Source: Octopus bimaculoides (taxonomy: Eukaryota). From it: DNA of 64,000 nt. Both the position numbers and the translations under genes were made by a program. The stretch's first letter is position 1; each line of letters begins with the position of its first letter. The DNA lies in assembly GCF_001194135.2 (NCBI RefSeq), contig NC_068994.1, forward strand, positions 28,958,773-29,022,772. The letters are read 5' to 3'. Below the pieces are notes generated by a model that was not told the origin of the DNA, made no database searches, and worked only from the letters and a program-made list of their open reading frames with translations. Shown one piece after another: positions 24,635 to 38,711 of the stretch.

Positions 24635-25645
24635 AATGGAGAATGCAAAAAATAGGGGAGGTTAGGTTGCACGCATGTGTGCGTGCATGTGTGCTTGCAC
24701 ACACGACTATGTGATTTTTTTTTTTTGTATAAGAACGGTCAGGTGGAAATTGCAGCGAGTGCTAGGGATTAATGACAGAGTGGTGTGTAATTAATGTAAT
24801 GCGGAACAATGAGGTAGCAGTGTTTGGTCTGGTGCAGTAGTGGCCCTATTATCTTAGCAGTTTCACAGCAATGTTAGCAGTAATGTGACCAAAGTATTTT
24901 GAGCCATCGATTGACTAGACAAATGTCCAGCTGATTTCTGGAAGTGAACATTGCAACTGCTGCACAATTTCAATAGAGATGTTATAAAATAGTTAAAGAT
25001 ATATAATGCATAGATATTGCAGCTGATGGGAGGTGACAGTAATGCATGCTGAAATGTAATGAAGTGTGACTAGTTAGCTGAATGGAACGGTGAGACACAA
25101 GGAATGGATGAAGATGATGATTTTCTTACAAAAAAAAAATAAATAAATAAAAACTACTGGCCTTTAAAACTGAGAGATAAGGTGAAAAATTTAAAAATTA
25201 TTAGCAAGGAAGTTGAAGACAGATAGAGAGAGTGAGGAAGAGAAAATAGATAAACAATTCTTGCTACCCTAAGGAACAATGGAGTTATAGAACTCCACTG
25301 AGTAGTTCATTAGAATCAATGTCTAATAGAGTGTGCCATCAACTACCTTTTGAGATACTAAAACTATCTAGCTACTACTGTAGACATTAGGTAGCATGGG
25401 TATAAATATGAGCTGAAATAAAGTCCAATGTCACACCCTTCTTTAATGAAAACTGAAATCAGAATTTGGCAAGTGTTGATATCTTGGTCTTTGACATTGT
25501 GTGTTTATAGTATGAGCATGGGGGTTATTATATGTTGTGTGTTTAACTACATAAATATTGTATCAAGATTGAGACAGTCTTGAATGTGGCAATAATACTC
25601 TAGATTTTGGTATTAATACAAAAGTATGCCAGCATTAACATTTTC

Positions 25646-25696
<51 letters not shown>

Positions 25697-26214
25697 GTAA
25701 TGACAAGACTCTTGGTATGCTATGAGTTCAATATGGATCACAGAACATCATTTGCCCTTGTTTATCAAGTAACTGCTGTCTTGCTTTATCTTCTCACATC
25801 TTCAGCTGTAGCAAGAAAAAAAAGTGTCCTTTGTCAATGAATACTGTAAAAAGAAAAAGAAAACAAAGAAATTAGGGGAAAAATCAAGTTTGAAATAATA
25901 TAAAACAAATTAAGTAAAACAGAACAAAGATATTGGGCTGTTTTTGTTTTTTACCCCCACAGCATCTATGATCAAAAGCGTTAACATACAAGATCAATGT
26001 TTTTTATTTGTTTTTCTTCTTGAGGTGTCTAAGATTCTATGATCTAATGCATATTTTCAATTTCTAAGGTAGTAGGGTATAATATGCGGGAAATTTGGTT
26101 GCTATTTCTATTAGAGAGAGTGACTGAGTAGAGGCTTCTACAGTAACTTGTTACTGCATAGTTACTGTCTCTGGAGAAACATAATAGGAAATAATGAGGA
26201 AGAAAGGATTTAGG

Positions 26215-26292
26215 GAGTAACCATGATCCAACAATGAGGGAATAGCAACTGTTGAGTAACCATGATCCAACAATGAGGGAATAGCAACTGTT
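26215..26292. repeat. Perfect 39-bp tandem duplication
   Basis: gagtaaccatgatccaacaatgagggaatagcaactgtt x2. Confidence 0.95.
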
Positions 26293-26820
26293 GTACTCTG
26301 ACCAAGTTCATGCTGTCCATCTCTGCTGTGGCCATAATTATCTGAATCAACAAAGAGGCTTCTATGTGATCACACAACCAACTAGGAACAGAGCCAAATT
26401 TTTCTCAACCCACACCTTTTTGTTCAAAACAAAAGGATATACTGGATGATATGGTCCTCAGTGTATTGTGCCAAGAAAAATGACTAGGTGGTCATGGCTG
26501 TATTGTCTCTGATTATGGGTCTGCCCAATCAGGGCTTACCTGGGGCTAAATATTAGAAACAGATTGGGCAAAGGTAGAGAAAGTGACTTCATCCCACAGA
26601 ATGAATCACTATGTCAGAGTGTATGGAAGAGTCATCAGTTGGGTGGATACAACAAAAGGCCTGTGAGTTGCACCTAGGCAGTTGGTGGATTAAATGTATG
26701 CTATGTGTTTACTTGATGAGGACTGACCTGGGGTTACAAAAAGAAAAAAAAAACAACCTAGTTTTATCATAGCTGTTATTTAGCTTTATGTCAGTCCTGG
26801 TCAAGCAATCCTATTATTAA

Positions 26821-27172
26821 CCCTTTTGATACCAACCCACCTGAAAGTACACTTGGTTCTTTGATACAAACTCAGTTTTAAAATGAATTTAATAANNNNN
26901 NNNNNNNNNNNNNNNNNNNNNNNNNNNNNNNNNNNNNNNNNNNNNNNNNNNNNNNNNNNNNNNNNNNNNNNNNNNNNNNNNNNNNNNNNNNNNNNNNNNN
27001 NNNNNNNNNNNNNNNNNNNNNNNNNNNNNNNNNNNNNNNNNNNNNNNTCATCAATTTATCAGTCCAAACACCAGTTTAATAACGACATATTTATTTTAAT
27101 AAATCTTTTGTTATTTTCAAAATCAATTGAAACAAAGACTTGTATTTCAACAGAAATATGGTAACAAAAAGG
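26821..27172. mobile_element. Second piggyBac-type MITE family (spans a gap)
   Basis: TTAA|CCCTTTTGATACC ... GGTAACAAAAAGG|TAAA: imperfect TIRs, and the right TTAA is degenerate. Confidence 0.55.
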
Positions 27173-27580
27173 TAAAAGATATCCTGCACTGACCCTTTTG
27201 GTTTTGCATATCGCAGACAGCTTTTTTCTATGACCATGTAAGATTTCCTCATAGGCTTGCAAAGTACAAAGATGGTTAGACAGCTTGGTGCTTTAAATAT
27301 TAGATAGCGTTCGTAGCTATGTTGATTTGAGTTATAATGTCTTGGTGGGGGTTTTTTTGGGGGGGGGGGCTGATGCCTTGTTCAAAATACTGATTATCTG
27401 AGAATGTTAACGGTAAATACAGATTTGTGAAGTCATTTATCTGTCACTATATCTCAGTTAGCCAAACATTAAATAGACATAGTAGGATCTGAACAGCTCA
27501 CTGCTTGTAAGCAAGAATACTGTAAAACTGTTTCATTATCTTGCAGTCTGAGTTCAATTCTTCCTATAGATATAATAGTT

Positions 27581-27743
27581 GCAAGCAAGGTTGTGTGGTT
27601 AAGAAGCTTGCTTTGCAACCACATAGCTTCTGGTGCAGTCTCCACTGTGTGGTACCTTAGGCAAGTGTCTTCTTCTGCAGTACTGGACCTACCAAATACC
27701 TTGTGAGTGAATCTAATAAACAAAAACTGTGTTGAAGCCTGTG

Positions 27744-27797
<54 letters not shown>

Positions 27798-27958
27798 GTT
27801 GGTTTGTTTACATCCCTGTGAATTAGTGGTTCAGCAAAAGAAGAAACTTGACAGAATAAGTACCAGACTTAAAAATAAGTACAGAGACCAATGTGTTTGA
27901 CTAAACCCTTCAAGGCTGTGTCCCCAGCATGGCTGCAGTCCAATGACTGAAACAAGAT
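27581..27958 (+). mobile_element. tRNA-derived SINE family A copy
   Basis: Head ttgtgtggttaagaagcttgc...ggtaccttaggcaagtgtc, central (TA)n, tail gactgaaacaag. Confidence 0.78.
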
Positions 27959-28384
27959 ATATCTAGAAGGAAAAATGGACTTTTTATTTAATGGTTTAGT
28001 CAGAAGAAGGAGGGAAAACAGCCACAACATTTTTCAAAGGAAGTTATTCTCAATCCAGAACCTTAATCTTAATGTTTGCAATAATGTAGAATCCACTAAC
28101 AGCAACCAAGAAGCAAGTAGTGATGTTAAACTGAGCAATTGATTAAGTCTACTATCTATATGACATTAGAATAGAAGACTGGCATATAAATATGATACTG
28201 AATATTTCAAGCCTTCAATTCATCCGGACAAGAATGCGACCATTTTTCTCTGTTAAACTAAAAATGTGGGTATAACAAATAAAAACAAGAAAGAAAGCTA
28301 ATGTAAATGAACTGAGATGTATAAATGGTACACAAACTTATCCTAACTCACAAACTTTATATAATTGGTCATATATTTGGCTGG

Positions 28385-28585
28385 GCTAAGGTGGTGAACT
28401 GGTAGAATCATTAGCACATTGGGCAAAATGCTTAGCAGCATTTCATCTGTCTTTACGTTCTGAGTTCAAATTCTGCCAAGGTTGACTTTGCCTTTCATCC
28501 TTTTGGGTAAGTACCTGTTGAACACTGGTACTGAACACTGGGGTTGATGTAATCAACTTACCCCTTCCCCAAAATTTGAAATCAA
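28385..28585 (+). mobile_element. SINE family B copy
   Basis: aaggtggtgaactggtagaatcattagc...ttctgagttcaaattctgccaaggttgactttgcc. Confidence 0.75.
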
Positions 28586-30790
28586 TATATTTGGCTGGGG
28601 TGTCTGTATCTCTTATGTACAACAGACATGGAAGCCACCAGTTAAACGAAGCACAAAGATAATGCTACTGATGATGATGATGATGATGATGATGATGACA
28701 CTGATAATGGTGATATGTATTTACCTGAAATATATGACATTGCTCTCCTCTTCCATTTCATTACAAGATGATAACTTCTATAATGGATGTGCCCATTATG
28801 AGACACATGTGAGGGGTTTCCTCATGGCAAAGCAGCAGAGCACTGAAGAGGCAACCGTTCTTCCACCAGTGGAATCAAACAAAGGTTACCTAGAAAGACA
28901 AACAGGCAAAGATTAATAGGAATTTCTTACACAGAAAGATAAATGATAAACCCAAACAAATAAGTGACAGAATACTTCAAAGAAAAATTAACACTAATGT
29001 GATTGAGTATTTAGTATATGTGCATATGTTGAAATGAAATGTGAACATACATGATTGATCACTGAAACTAAACACAAGATAATTGGCTATAAACAAGAAA
29101 CCTGCATAGGCCCTTGCAAGAGGCATAATAAAGAGAGTGAATCACAAGAGCCTGGCAAACCCATGCAAGTGTGGAAATGGACATGTGCTGATGACGAGGA
29201 AGAGTATGATCATGAAGCTATTATTTCAGAATATATTTAATACACACACACACACACTTTCATAACCTAAATAGCTGACAGTCATGTGATTAAAATGTCT
29301 ACTTTGCTCCTACATGGATCCATCCTCACAGTGTGGTACCTTGCTTAAGTATACTGTACCACAGCCTTGGGATGTGACAAGAATTTGGCAGATGGATAAA
29401 TATATATATGTGTGTGTGTGTGGTCTCTCTCTCTCTCTGTATATATATATAAAGCAATAAGAAATGGAGCAATAATAACAGTTAAAAGTGGATCATTAGT
29501 ATTTTAAAGTCATTTAATAACGATGAGAGTATGTTTACAGCTGTTTCAGTATATCAAGCTGGGGTAAATTTACCTCGCTTTTTATATATATTAAACCACG
29601 GTTTTACCTTTACAATTACCTACTACCGTATGCCTTATAACAAGGACCATACATACTGAGGTAATACCAGGAGTGCCTTTAGATACATCTATCCCTTAGA
29701 CGGTTACATCACCTCTAACATATCTTACAAAACACACACACACATACGTTAAAAAACATTATAAATGCAGTCACCAACTCCACATCAGTTATCGGCCAGA
29801 GGGTCAAATGCAATTTTGCACCTTAAGATGCTATTTATATAATACACAAACACACAATTATAAATTCAGTGAAATAGTGATTGGCCTGTTACCAATGATG
29901 CTAGTATTTGTGATATAAAAACAATATTGATTTGTGCAATGCATGAGTGAAGTCAGGAGACCGTTTAGGTAGCTGGCATAGAATCTGCACATGTGACTCT
30001 CCAAAGACTCTGAAGAGTCTAGGATTATGCATTTAACATATCCTAACTTTAATGATGGTCTTCCAGGACCACAAAACTGGGAACAATGGAGAAAAACCAG
30101 TGAATGATAGTCATGGCATTTAATATTTATAGAGAAAGGAGGTTAAAACAGACAAACAAATATCACTGTGTAACATGATTTTTGTCCTTGTGTAGTAACT
30201 GTTACCTTCTATTTGCCTACCCCTAGAAAGTAAGAAAAATGGTTAATATTTCCTTCAAACTTTGTTTTTGTTACATTTACTCAAACCGCAAAGAATCCCT
30301 CTCAACACATGGTTATGATGCTTCCCCACTACACCTGCTCATGATCAGAGATGCATATATTGTAAGCCACTAAGGGACATGCTCAAGTGGTTAAGGTCAA
30401 GCAAATGACAAGCAAATCTGTGGTATTGAGCAGAATATTTGTTATAACGATATTTCTGCTTCAGCAACTTAGTACTGAATCTGTCTGAAATGTAATGGAA
30501 AATAGGTCAGTTTCAAAAAATTGACATCCAGTTCACAAAAGCGAAGTTTCAAAGGAATGATAGTCATTTCCTTTAATTTCTAGATAGAAGCAAGTAGGAA
30601 ATAATCTTTACTGACAAAAGACAAAGACAAAAAAAAAAGCCTTGTTCAAATTATGCCTACCTAATCTACAAAAAAATAAAATATTTTGTATTTTATGTAT
30701 ATTAATTAGTGTAACCTTTATAATTTTACTGAATTAGGTGCATATTTTGCCATGAAAAGAAAACACTGCTATCAACCTATTTTATTCAAA

Positions 30791-30947
30791 GTGCAGGAGT
30801 GACTGTGTGGTAAGTAGCTTGCTTACCAACCACATAGTTCCGGGTTCAGTTCAACTGCGTGGCACCTCGGGCAAGTGTCTTCTACTATAACCTCATGCTG
30901 ACCAAAACCTTGTGAGTGGATTTGGTAGACAGAAACTGAAAGAAGCC

Positions 30948-31001
<54 letters not shown>

Positions 31002-31205
31002 GTGTGTGTGTGTTTGTCCCCCCATCATCGCTTGACAACCGAAGCTGGTGTGTTTACATCTGTGTAACTTAGTGGTTCAGCAAAAGAGACCGATAGAATA
31101 AGTACTAGGCTTACAAACAATAAGTCCTGGGGTCAGTTTGTTCGACTAAAGGCAGTGTTCCAGCATGGCCGCAGTCAAATGACTGAAACAAATAAAAGAA
31201 TAAAA
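30791..31205 (+). mobile_element. tRNA-derived SINE family A, full length
   Basis: Highly similar to 44402-44807. Confidence 0.88.
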
Positions 31206-31764
31206 ATGTATTCAGTTGTGTATTTCTAGTAGTGAACATGTTTGTGCGTGTATAATTACAGACACAGACGGCATGTTCTGAACAGAGTACAGGATCTAAT
31301 GAGCCCAAGGATTGCAGCATGCTCCAGTGCTGGCTTTGGCATGGTTTTTATGGCTGGATGCTCTTCCTAATGCCAACCACTTCTCAGCATGTACTAGATG
31401 CTATTTTCATGGCACCAGCACTAGTGAGGTCACCATGCAGCTTGCAAAACTACGGTCTCCATCAACTAAGTGGGGCAACAGAAAAGGGAGGTGGTTTTAT
31501 GCTAGGAGATGGACAGTTAAAGTATGAAAGAAAGGTTCAGAACCAAACAGGTTTCTTGCTGTAGAGGGGCTGCATAACTACTCACTTTATAGAAGTGTGA
31601 GTGAAAGTAACCAGGGTGGAGCTGGAAAGAGAGATAAAATAGGTATGGGAAGGTGAACAAAAGTGAGTGGGGACAGAAGATAAAGATATAAATTTCACAG
31701 CTGTCATCCGAGTATGACTCAATGGCATGTAGCATACATTTGCTAATTATTTTTGGTGCCATTA

Positions 31765-31973
31765 ATACTGAGATTGAAAGGCAGGGATGAATTATGCCTA
31801 CCTAATCTACAAAAAAATAAAATATTTTGTATTTTACGCATACTAATCAGTGTAACCTTCATAATTTTATTGAATTAGATGCATATTTTGCCATGAAAGG
31901 AAAATGTTGCTATTGATCTATTTTATTCAAGGTAGGCAATGCCTACCTTGCCTACCTAGGTGGCATGTCTCTG
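31765..31973. repeat. Dispersed repeat (aattatgcctacctaatctac...tttattcaag), possibly a DNA-transposon end; copies at 30647-30790 and 56330-56500
   Basis: Three near-identical ~150-bp segments. This copy ends in tgcctaccttgcctacc...ctctg, which looks like a degenerate CAGGG-type (hAT-like) terminus read in reverse. Confidence 0.55.
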
Positions 31974-32149
31974 ACTCACACACACACAAAGAAGTAATGT
32001 AACAATAATTCAGGAAAAAAATCATTTTTTTTTTGTTTTTGTATCTGGTTTGCAATGTTGATGAAACAGTTTTTTTTCTGGAAGATCATATTTGCTAGAG
32101 CTTATCTTCCTTGAGAAGGAAAATCAACACCAAGATTTAAAGCTCATAA

Positions 32150-32362
32150 AAAGCATTTAATCTGGCCATATCTGGCCCAAATATTCTGTTTTGACATTCA
32201 AATTGGCCATGTGTAGCTTCTCACACCTACTCTACAATGCCATTTTAAAAACAAACAATCACCTTATTGAAACCTCAAAGCTGTGAGATAATGCATGATT
32301 AATAAAAAACAATATGAATAAGTAAGGATTACAATTAATAGAGTAATCTGAACACTAAAAGG
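32150..32362. mobile_element. piggyBac-type MITE, left end eroded
   Basis: Body homologous to 8094-8319; right end cactaaaagg|TTAA. Confidence 0.7.
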
Positions 32363-32789
32363 TTAATGCTTCTCCTGGGAGGAAATGTCACTGGTGGTTT
32401 GGAATTAAAGCTGCTACATGTGTATCAATCTGAAAATTCAAGAGCTTTCAAGAGTTATACAAAGTTCAGTTTATCTCTGATTTGGCATTAAGATAAGAAG
32501 GCATGAATGACTAAGATCCTTTTCAAAAAATGGTTTACAAACATTTTTTTGTCCTACTATAGAAAGAGACAGTGCTAGAATTTAATATTTCCAACAGTCC
32601 CCTCTGTAAGGTGGTTGGTGTTAGGAAGAGCGTCCAGCAATAAAAATCCTGACAAAACAGACAGTGAAGTTTGGTACAGTCTTCTGCTTAACTAGCCCCT
32701 ATCAAACTGTCTAACCCATGCCAGCATGGAAAACAGACATATGATGATGATGATGACGATGATGAACTTACATGAGCTTTCTGATAACA

Positions 32790-33340
32790 CGAGATTAGAG
32801 TATATCCCAATAATATAAATATTTTGCTCCAGCTAATGAATCAAGGTGTTACAGCTAAATTCAAATCATTATGCAAGAACTTTCTTTCAGACAACATATG
32901 TACATGACAGGGAGGATAACACTGTGATATAACTCCTCAACAGCAAGAAACCTGTTCTACTCTGGCCCTTTTCTCTTATACTTTACCCCACTTTACTACT
33001 CATCTCCTAGCATAAAGTTGTCCCTTCAGGTTCCGTAGTTTTGAAAGCTGCATAGTGACCTCAGTGGTGGTGACACAAAAGAAACACCCAGTACACAGTG
33101 TAAAGTGATTAGAGTACAATGCAGTCCTGGGGCTCACTGAATCCTATCAAACCATCTAACCCATACCAGCATGGAAAAGAACATGGACATCAAATGATGA
33201 TAAATCTACAGTTAGAGACTTCTGGTAGAAGATCAACGTAATGGATGCTGTGGATAAGATAACTGAGTCATGGAATGAAGTAAAACCCACAAATATGAAT
33301 GGTGCTTGGAAAAAAAAAATGGCCAATTTGTATCTGCAAA
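32790..33340 (+). pseudogene. Tigger/pogo transposase relic, interrupted by a repeat
   Basis: PNNINILLQLMNQGVTAKFKS resembles PPNTTSLLQPMDQGVI.FK. DFW*KINVMDAVDKITESWNEVKPTNMNGAWKK resembles FWK.FTILDAI..I..SW.EV......WKK. Confidence 0.7.
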
Positions 33341-33619
33341 TTTACAAGTTTTCAACAAACATAAAATCTACATCAAATTTGCAAAGACAATGTAACACTT
33401 ATCTGCAAAGAATATAGCTAAGGGATTGGCACTTATAGAAGGTCCGCAAGTTTTTTGCTGATAATGACCATAATCATGAATGTAACATAAAAATTATAAG
33501 AGGAGTTTACAATGAGCCCAGTTCTTACACTGAGCTGTAAAGAGATGATATACGATAAACATCAAACAATTCTGGATAAGTTCTTTGTTCCTCAAGGAGA
33601 TGATTGATAATAATCTTTT

Positions 33620-33815
33620 CTACTATAGGTACAAGGCCTGCAATTTTGAGGGAGGGGGTAGTTGATTGCAAAGCTTGACTGGTACTTATTTCATTGACCC
33701 TGAAAGGACAAAAGGCAAAGTCAACCTCAGTGAGATTTGAACTCAGAATGTTGAGCTGGAAGAAATGCTGTTAAGTATTTTATCTGGTATGGTAACAATT
33801 CTGCCAGCCCACTGC
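33620..33815 (-). mobile_element. SINE family B copy
   Basis: Matches 19783-19978. Confidence 0.75.
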
Positions 33816-34973
33816 CTTAGATGTTTGATAATAATGAACTGTATGATAGAATATAATGACCCTCATCCTCCCAGTAGCTCTTAGTCAACCACCACCACCC
33901 TCACACAGCATTCAACATACTTGTTATTCCCTAATATACTTTTCTTCAAATGTTTTTATGCATAAATATTGTACTATGCATGTTTAGAAATTGTTATATT
34001 CAAGTGGTTGTGTTGCTTTGTATTTTTAAAAAATTCTGTTAGAAAACATTATCACTTTATAATATGAAAAGCAATTTTGCATCATGACAAGTTTTTCAGG
34101 AATGATTATTTCTGTAATGTACGGGATTCCTGTATATGTATGTTGTCATGCTGAGTATTACAAGATAAAATTTGAATCCTTCTCATCATTTATATACTTA
34201 GTTTTTCATGTTGGCAGAGGTTGGGCAGGTCTTATAATATCGTACATGTCATGGTGCCTCATCACCTGGCACACACAACAATAGAGAACACTACCAAATT
34301 TTGTGGTTGTGTATCATGTTATGGGTTTCACAGCAGGATACCTCCACTTCTTGTAACCAACAACTTGACAGTCTGGACTTGAGTATCTTCTCAAACCTAT
34401 CACTAGAGGAGGAGTCTCCTCTACCTTACACTGTCTCAGTCCATTCCTCCCTCTATGGTGTAAGTTTCACAGTTGAATACTCTTCATATCATCAACCACT
34501 TCACAATATGAACTTTTAACAAAAAACAGACAGAATGGTTATGTCTAGAAAGCCTTTTGAGTTTAGATCTGCTGGATCAGGATTTAGCTGGGATTAAACA
34601 AGAATAATCAGTGAGTATCATACACAAACATATATTGGGTAATTCCTAAAAGAAATCATGCTTAGTGACAACTCAGAAGGTGAATGATTACTTAGAACCC
34701 TAGCATGTCACTTGGGCACCTTCTGTTAGAGTCACATCACATATCAATCTTGATCTGTTTTTACTGGTGAGAAATATTTGTTGTTCTCTCGGAGTGTCGT
34801 TAGTAACTTGTTAAAGTTAGCAACACTTAAAGTGAAAAACAAGTGCAAGTAGACTTCATGATTGTATATACCCACACTTTTAAAAGGGATGTCTTGAGAA
34901 TGCTGGTTTATTAACTACGAAGACAGTAATAACTGATAGTAGCAGACAATGAAGAAGAAATCCTTCTTATATA

Positions 34974-36240
34974 TTGGGTCATCCCATAAATAATGCGGTC
35001 TTTTTATACTTCTTTTATTCTTCAAAATTAAAATAAACAAAGTTCTTTTTTAATCTAAAATATACTCTCCTTCATTTTCTACAATGCTCTTCCATTCTAT
35101 CTGGCAGACTTGCAAGGCCCCTCTTCCAAAATTCATTTGTCGGTGACAAAAAATACTCCTCCAGTACTGATCTGACCTCGTCTAGAGAATTCATATTTTT
35201 TCTGTCCAAATGATTTTGAAGACTGTGGAATAACTGGTAATCAGATGGCGCAATGTCCAGCGAATATGGTGGGTGGGGCATCATTTTTCATTCAAACTGC
35301 TCCAGCTTTTGGAATGTCATCCTCACTGTATGTGGCCGAGCATTATCCTGATAGAAGAACACCTTTCTTCTTGAAACTAAAAATGGTCATTTTGATTCTA
35401 GTGCTGACTTAAATCACTCAAGCTACTCGCAGTAGAGTTCCTTTGTTATCATTTGGTTTGGATTTAAAGGTTCAAAATGCACTAAACCTCTCATATCCCA
35501 CCAAACAGATAACAACATCTTACGCAGGTGAAGACCTTCTTTAGCCTGGAATGTTGGTGTATCTCCTTTCCCTACCCACTGTCTTTGGTGCTTGACATTT
35601 TTATAGAGAACCCATTTCTTGTCAACAGTCACTATTCGGTCTAAAAAAGGGTCATTCACGAGACGTGACAGCACAAATCGCACATTCATTCTCTGCATGC
35701 GATTAGATTTGGAAAGTTTGTGAGGAACCCATTGACCCAATTTGCTGACTTTTCTGATGGCACATAGGTGTTGATGAATGGTTGAATGACCAAATCCAAG
35801 TTTCTCTGCTAGTTCCTCAACAGTTACAATGGGATTTTGTTCCATCAGGATGTCCTTGTCGAGTTCTACAGATCTTCCATCGTCTAGGCTGTAGTTTCCA
35901 GCTCGGAATTTCTGGAACCACCGTTGACACTGGCTTACAATTACTGTCCAATCCCCATATACTACGTTAATATTCCTCACACTTTCCATTGCATTGTTGC
36001 CTTTATTGAACTCAGAAAGTAAAATATGCCAAATATGCTCCTTTGTCACTTCCATTATAGCTTTGAAAAAATAACTGTTAAAATCAAATTGCACTCTTTA
36101 AAAATTGCACTAAGAATAAGTACAAGGTAAAATTACTACCCGCTTTTATAGCAAGTTGATACAGGTAGTTTATCCCGTCCCCCTCCGACTTCTGGTTCAA
36201 GCAACTGAAAAAAACCCGCACTATTTATATGATGACTCAA
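34974..36240 (-). mobile_element. Full-length but inactivated mariner (DD34D) transposon
   Basis: TA|TTGGGTCATCCCATAAATAATGCGG and CCGCACTATTTATATGATGACTCAA|TA form imperfect TIRs with TA TSDs; 1267 bp. The transposase starts at ATG 36055 with WVPHKL, TVDKKW, QDNARPH and HPPYSLDIAPSDY motifs, broken by stops and frameshifts. Confidence 0.93.
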
Positions 36241-38675
36241 TACACAATGATGGGATGACCATAACTAGAGAGTCCTAGATCTTTCAGCTTAGGGCTTACC
36301 CATTGTAAATAACAGCACAAGTGAAAATGGTTATATAATTTCCCATGTCACCATGTATGTTTTAATATCCTTCATATATATCCTTTGGATATTAAGTTAT
36401 TTGATATTGCAGTACAGTGATATAACATACACTTCCATTATCTCTCCAGTGTTTATATTGATTAACTATTGATAATACTTAATGCTTAAATTACCTACTG
36501 CCATATGCTGACAAGAGGAGCCTCTATGTGGTTGCTTGATCCACTATAAAAAGCAGCCAAATTTCCCTCAAATCATATATTCAACTCTCCTAAAGAAAGA
36601 AATGACACAATGTTGTTTTAGCTATATAAAAGACTGGATGGTAAAGACTGGAACACTCTGTGTCATAAGAATGCTGGAATAAGTTTGACCAAAGAACAAC
36701 CGCCAACCATAATGTAACTAATGAAAGAACTTCTTTATTTCAAGAACGGGGAGACCCTTACCAGGAGTGAGGAAACTCTTAGCCGGCAGACAAAATTTCC
36801 ACCTTATTCATATTTAGGAGCAGTATGATCAAGAAGTTTGGTTCACTGCTACATGATTTCAGATTCCATACCACTGTGTGGTACCTTGGACAAGTGTCTT
36901 CTACTGTCATAAGCATTTGTACTAGGTCTTTGGTCCAAGGATTCTTCCACCTACCAGGAAGAGAGGAAGTGATTTTGAGGTAGGAGAAAGATCTCAGGTT
37001 CTGTCCTCCTTCTGACAAAGCCATGAAAGGAAAAAAAAAAAACATCATCCCATGTCAGTAAAAACTGGTTAAAACCTTTAATACCAGAGCAGTAGTTTAA
37101 GTTATCACCATCACCACCATTTAATGTGTTTTTCATGCTGGCATGGGTTGGACAGTCTGATGGGAGCAGACAAGCCAGAGGATTGCACTATGCTCCAATG
37201 CCTGCTTTGGTGTGGTTTCTACAACTGGATGCCCTTCCTAATGCCGACCACATCACAGTGAAGTGGGTGATTTTTACGTGGCACCAACACTAATGAAGTC
37301 ACCAAATAACTTACAAGACAAGAGCCCCTTAACTGAAGGAAGGAGGTGTAGCATTGAGGGAAGTGGCTTTATGCCAGGAGATGAGAGGTTTAAGTATGAT
37401 AGAGAGTCACAAACAGATGTCTTGAAGTAGAGGAGATACGCAGCTATCCCACTTGGAAAAAAGGAGAGAAAATGGTGAAGAGGTTTCAGAGTGTGCACTC
37501 AAGTTACAAAGGTGAACATAAGAGGAATGAACCAGAAGACTGGACAGCATGAATGGATAGGTGTAAGTTCAGGAGAATGTGATAAAGGGTGCTCTAGCCT
37601 TTCTCATCCTGTCTTTTGTATATTTACAACTACATTGTCTCATTTCTTTTTTAGAAAAGTTGAATGTATGATTTGAGGGAGATCTGTTTGGCTGCTACTT
37701 TTAGCAGATCAAGCAACCACCTAGAAGCTCTTTGTTGGCATGTGGGGGTAGGTAATTTAAGTATTAAGTTATATTAACTATAAATTTATAAAATTCTAAA
37801 TTATTTATATCAGCACAGATTATACCCTCACAAGTTCTTACACTCTTGCAATTTGCCCCCCTGCTCAAAATAATCACTCGACTTATTAGAAACAGCAGCC
37901 AAATCAACCTCAGATCACATTCTACCATCTCACATAAAGAACACATTAAATAATGTAGTCCGATAGGATGGTCATGGTTGGAATGCCTTTGGTCATAAAC
38001 TGCATGATGAAGAAAGAGCTGAAGTTAATGAAGAAAACTTCAAGCTAGTCGCTCAACCTGCTAGAAACAGCAGCAACATCTTCCTGAATTTTGCCCTACC
38101 TTCCTAAAATAAATTAAGGTATACAGAATAATGTAGACCTAGATATACTTTCTGAATTACGACTGAAAACTTACCAAAATGTATACTTGAGAATAAAACA
38201 AATAATTTTGATTTCATTTTATAATTATTATTATCTCCAGGATGGCTAGCTTCCAGCCGTGACCATCTCATCTACTATTTCACAGTGTATCTAGAACTAT
38301 GTTATCCAACGAGCTTTTCGTTTTTAAAGACTCTAGTGTGAGTAGAAGGCGGCTTGGCTGCTATTTTTAGCAGGTCGAACGACCAAATAGAAAGTTTTGT
38401 TGGTTTGTTTATTGAATCATTAAGTCAGTGGTACACAAAGGTCAGAGGCGAGAAACGGGAGTGAAAATGTGTCTGGGAACCGAACGAAATATATATATAT
38501 ATATATATATANNNNNNNNNNNNNNNNNNNNNNNNNNNNNNNNNNNNNNNNNNNNNNNNNNNNNNNNNNNNNNNNNNNNNNNNNNNNNNNNNNNNNNNNN
38601 NNNNNNNNNNNNNNTATATATATTATATATTATATACATACACACACACATGTATGTTTATATAGGAGTATAAGA

Positions 38676-38711
<36 letters not shown>

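Noticed and set aside
26215-26292. CRISPR-like repeat
   Set aside because: A direct tandem duplication with no spacers, in a eukaryotic context with no cas genes.
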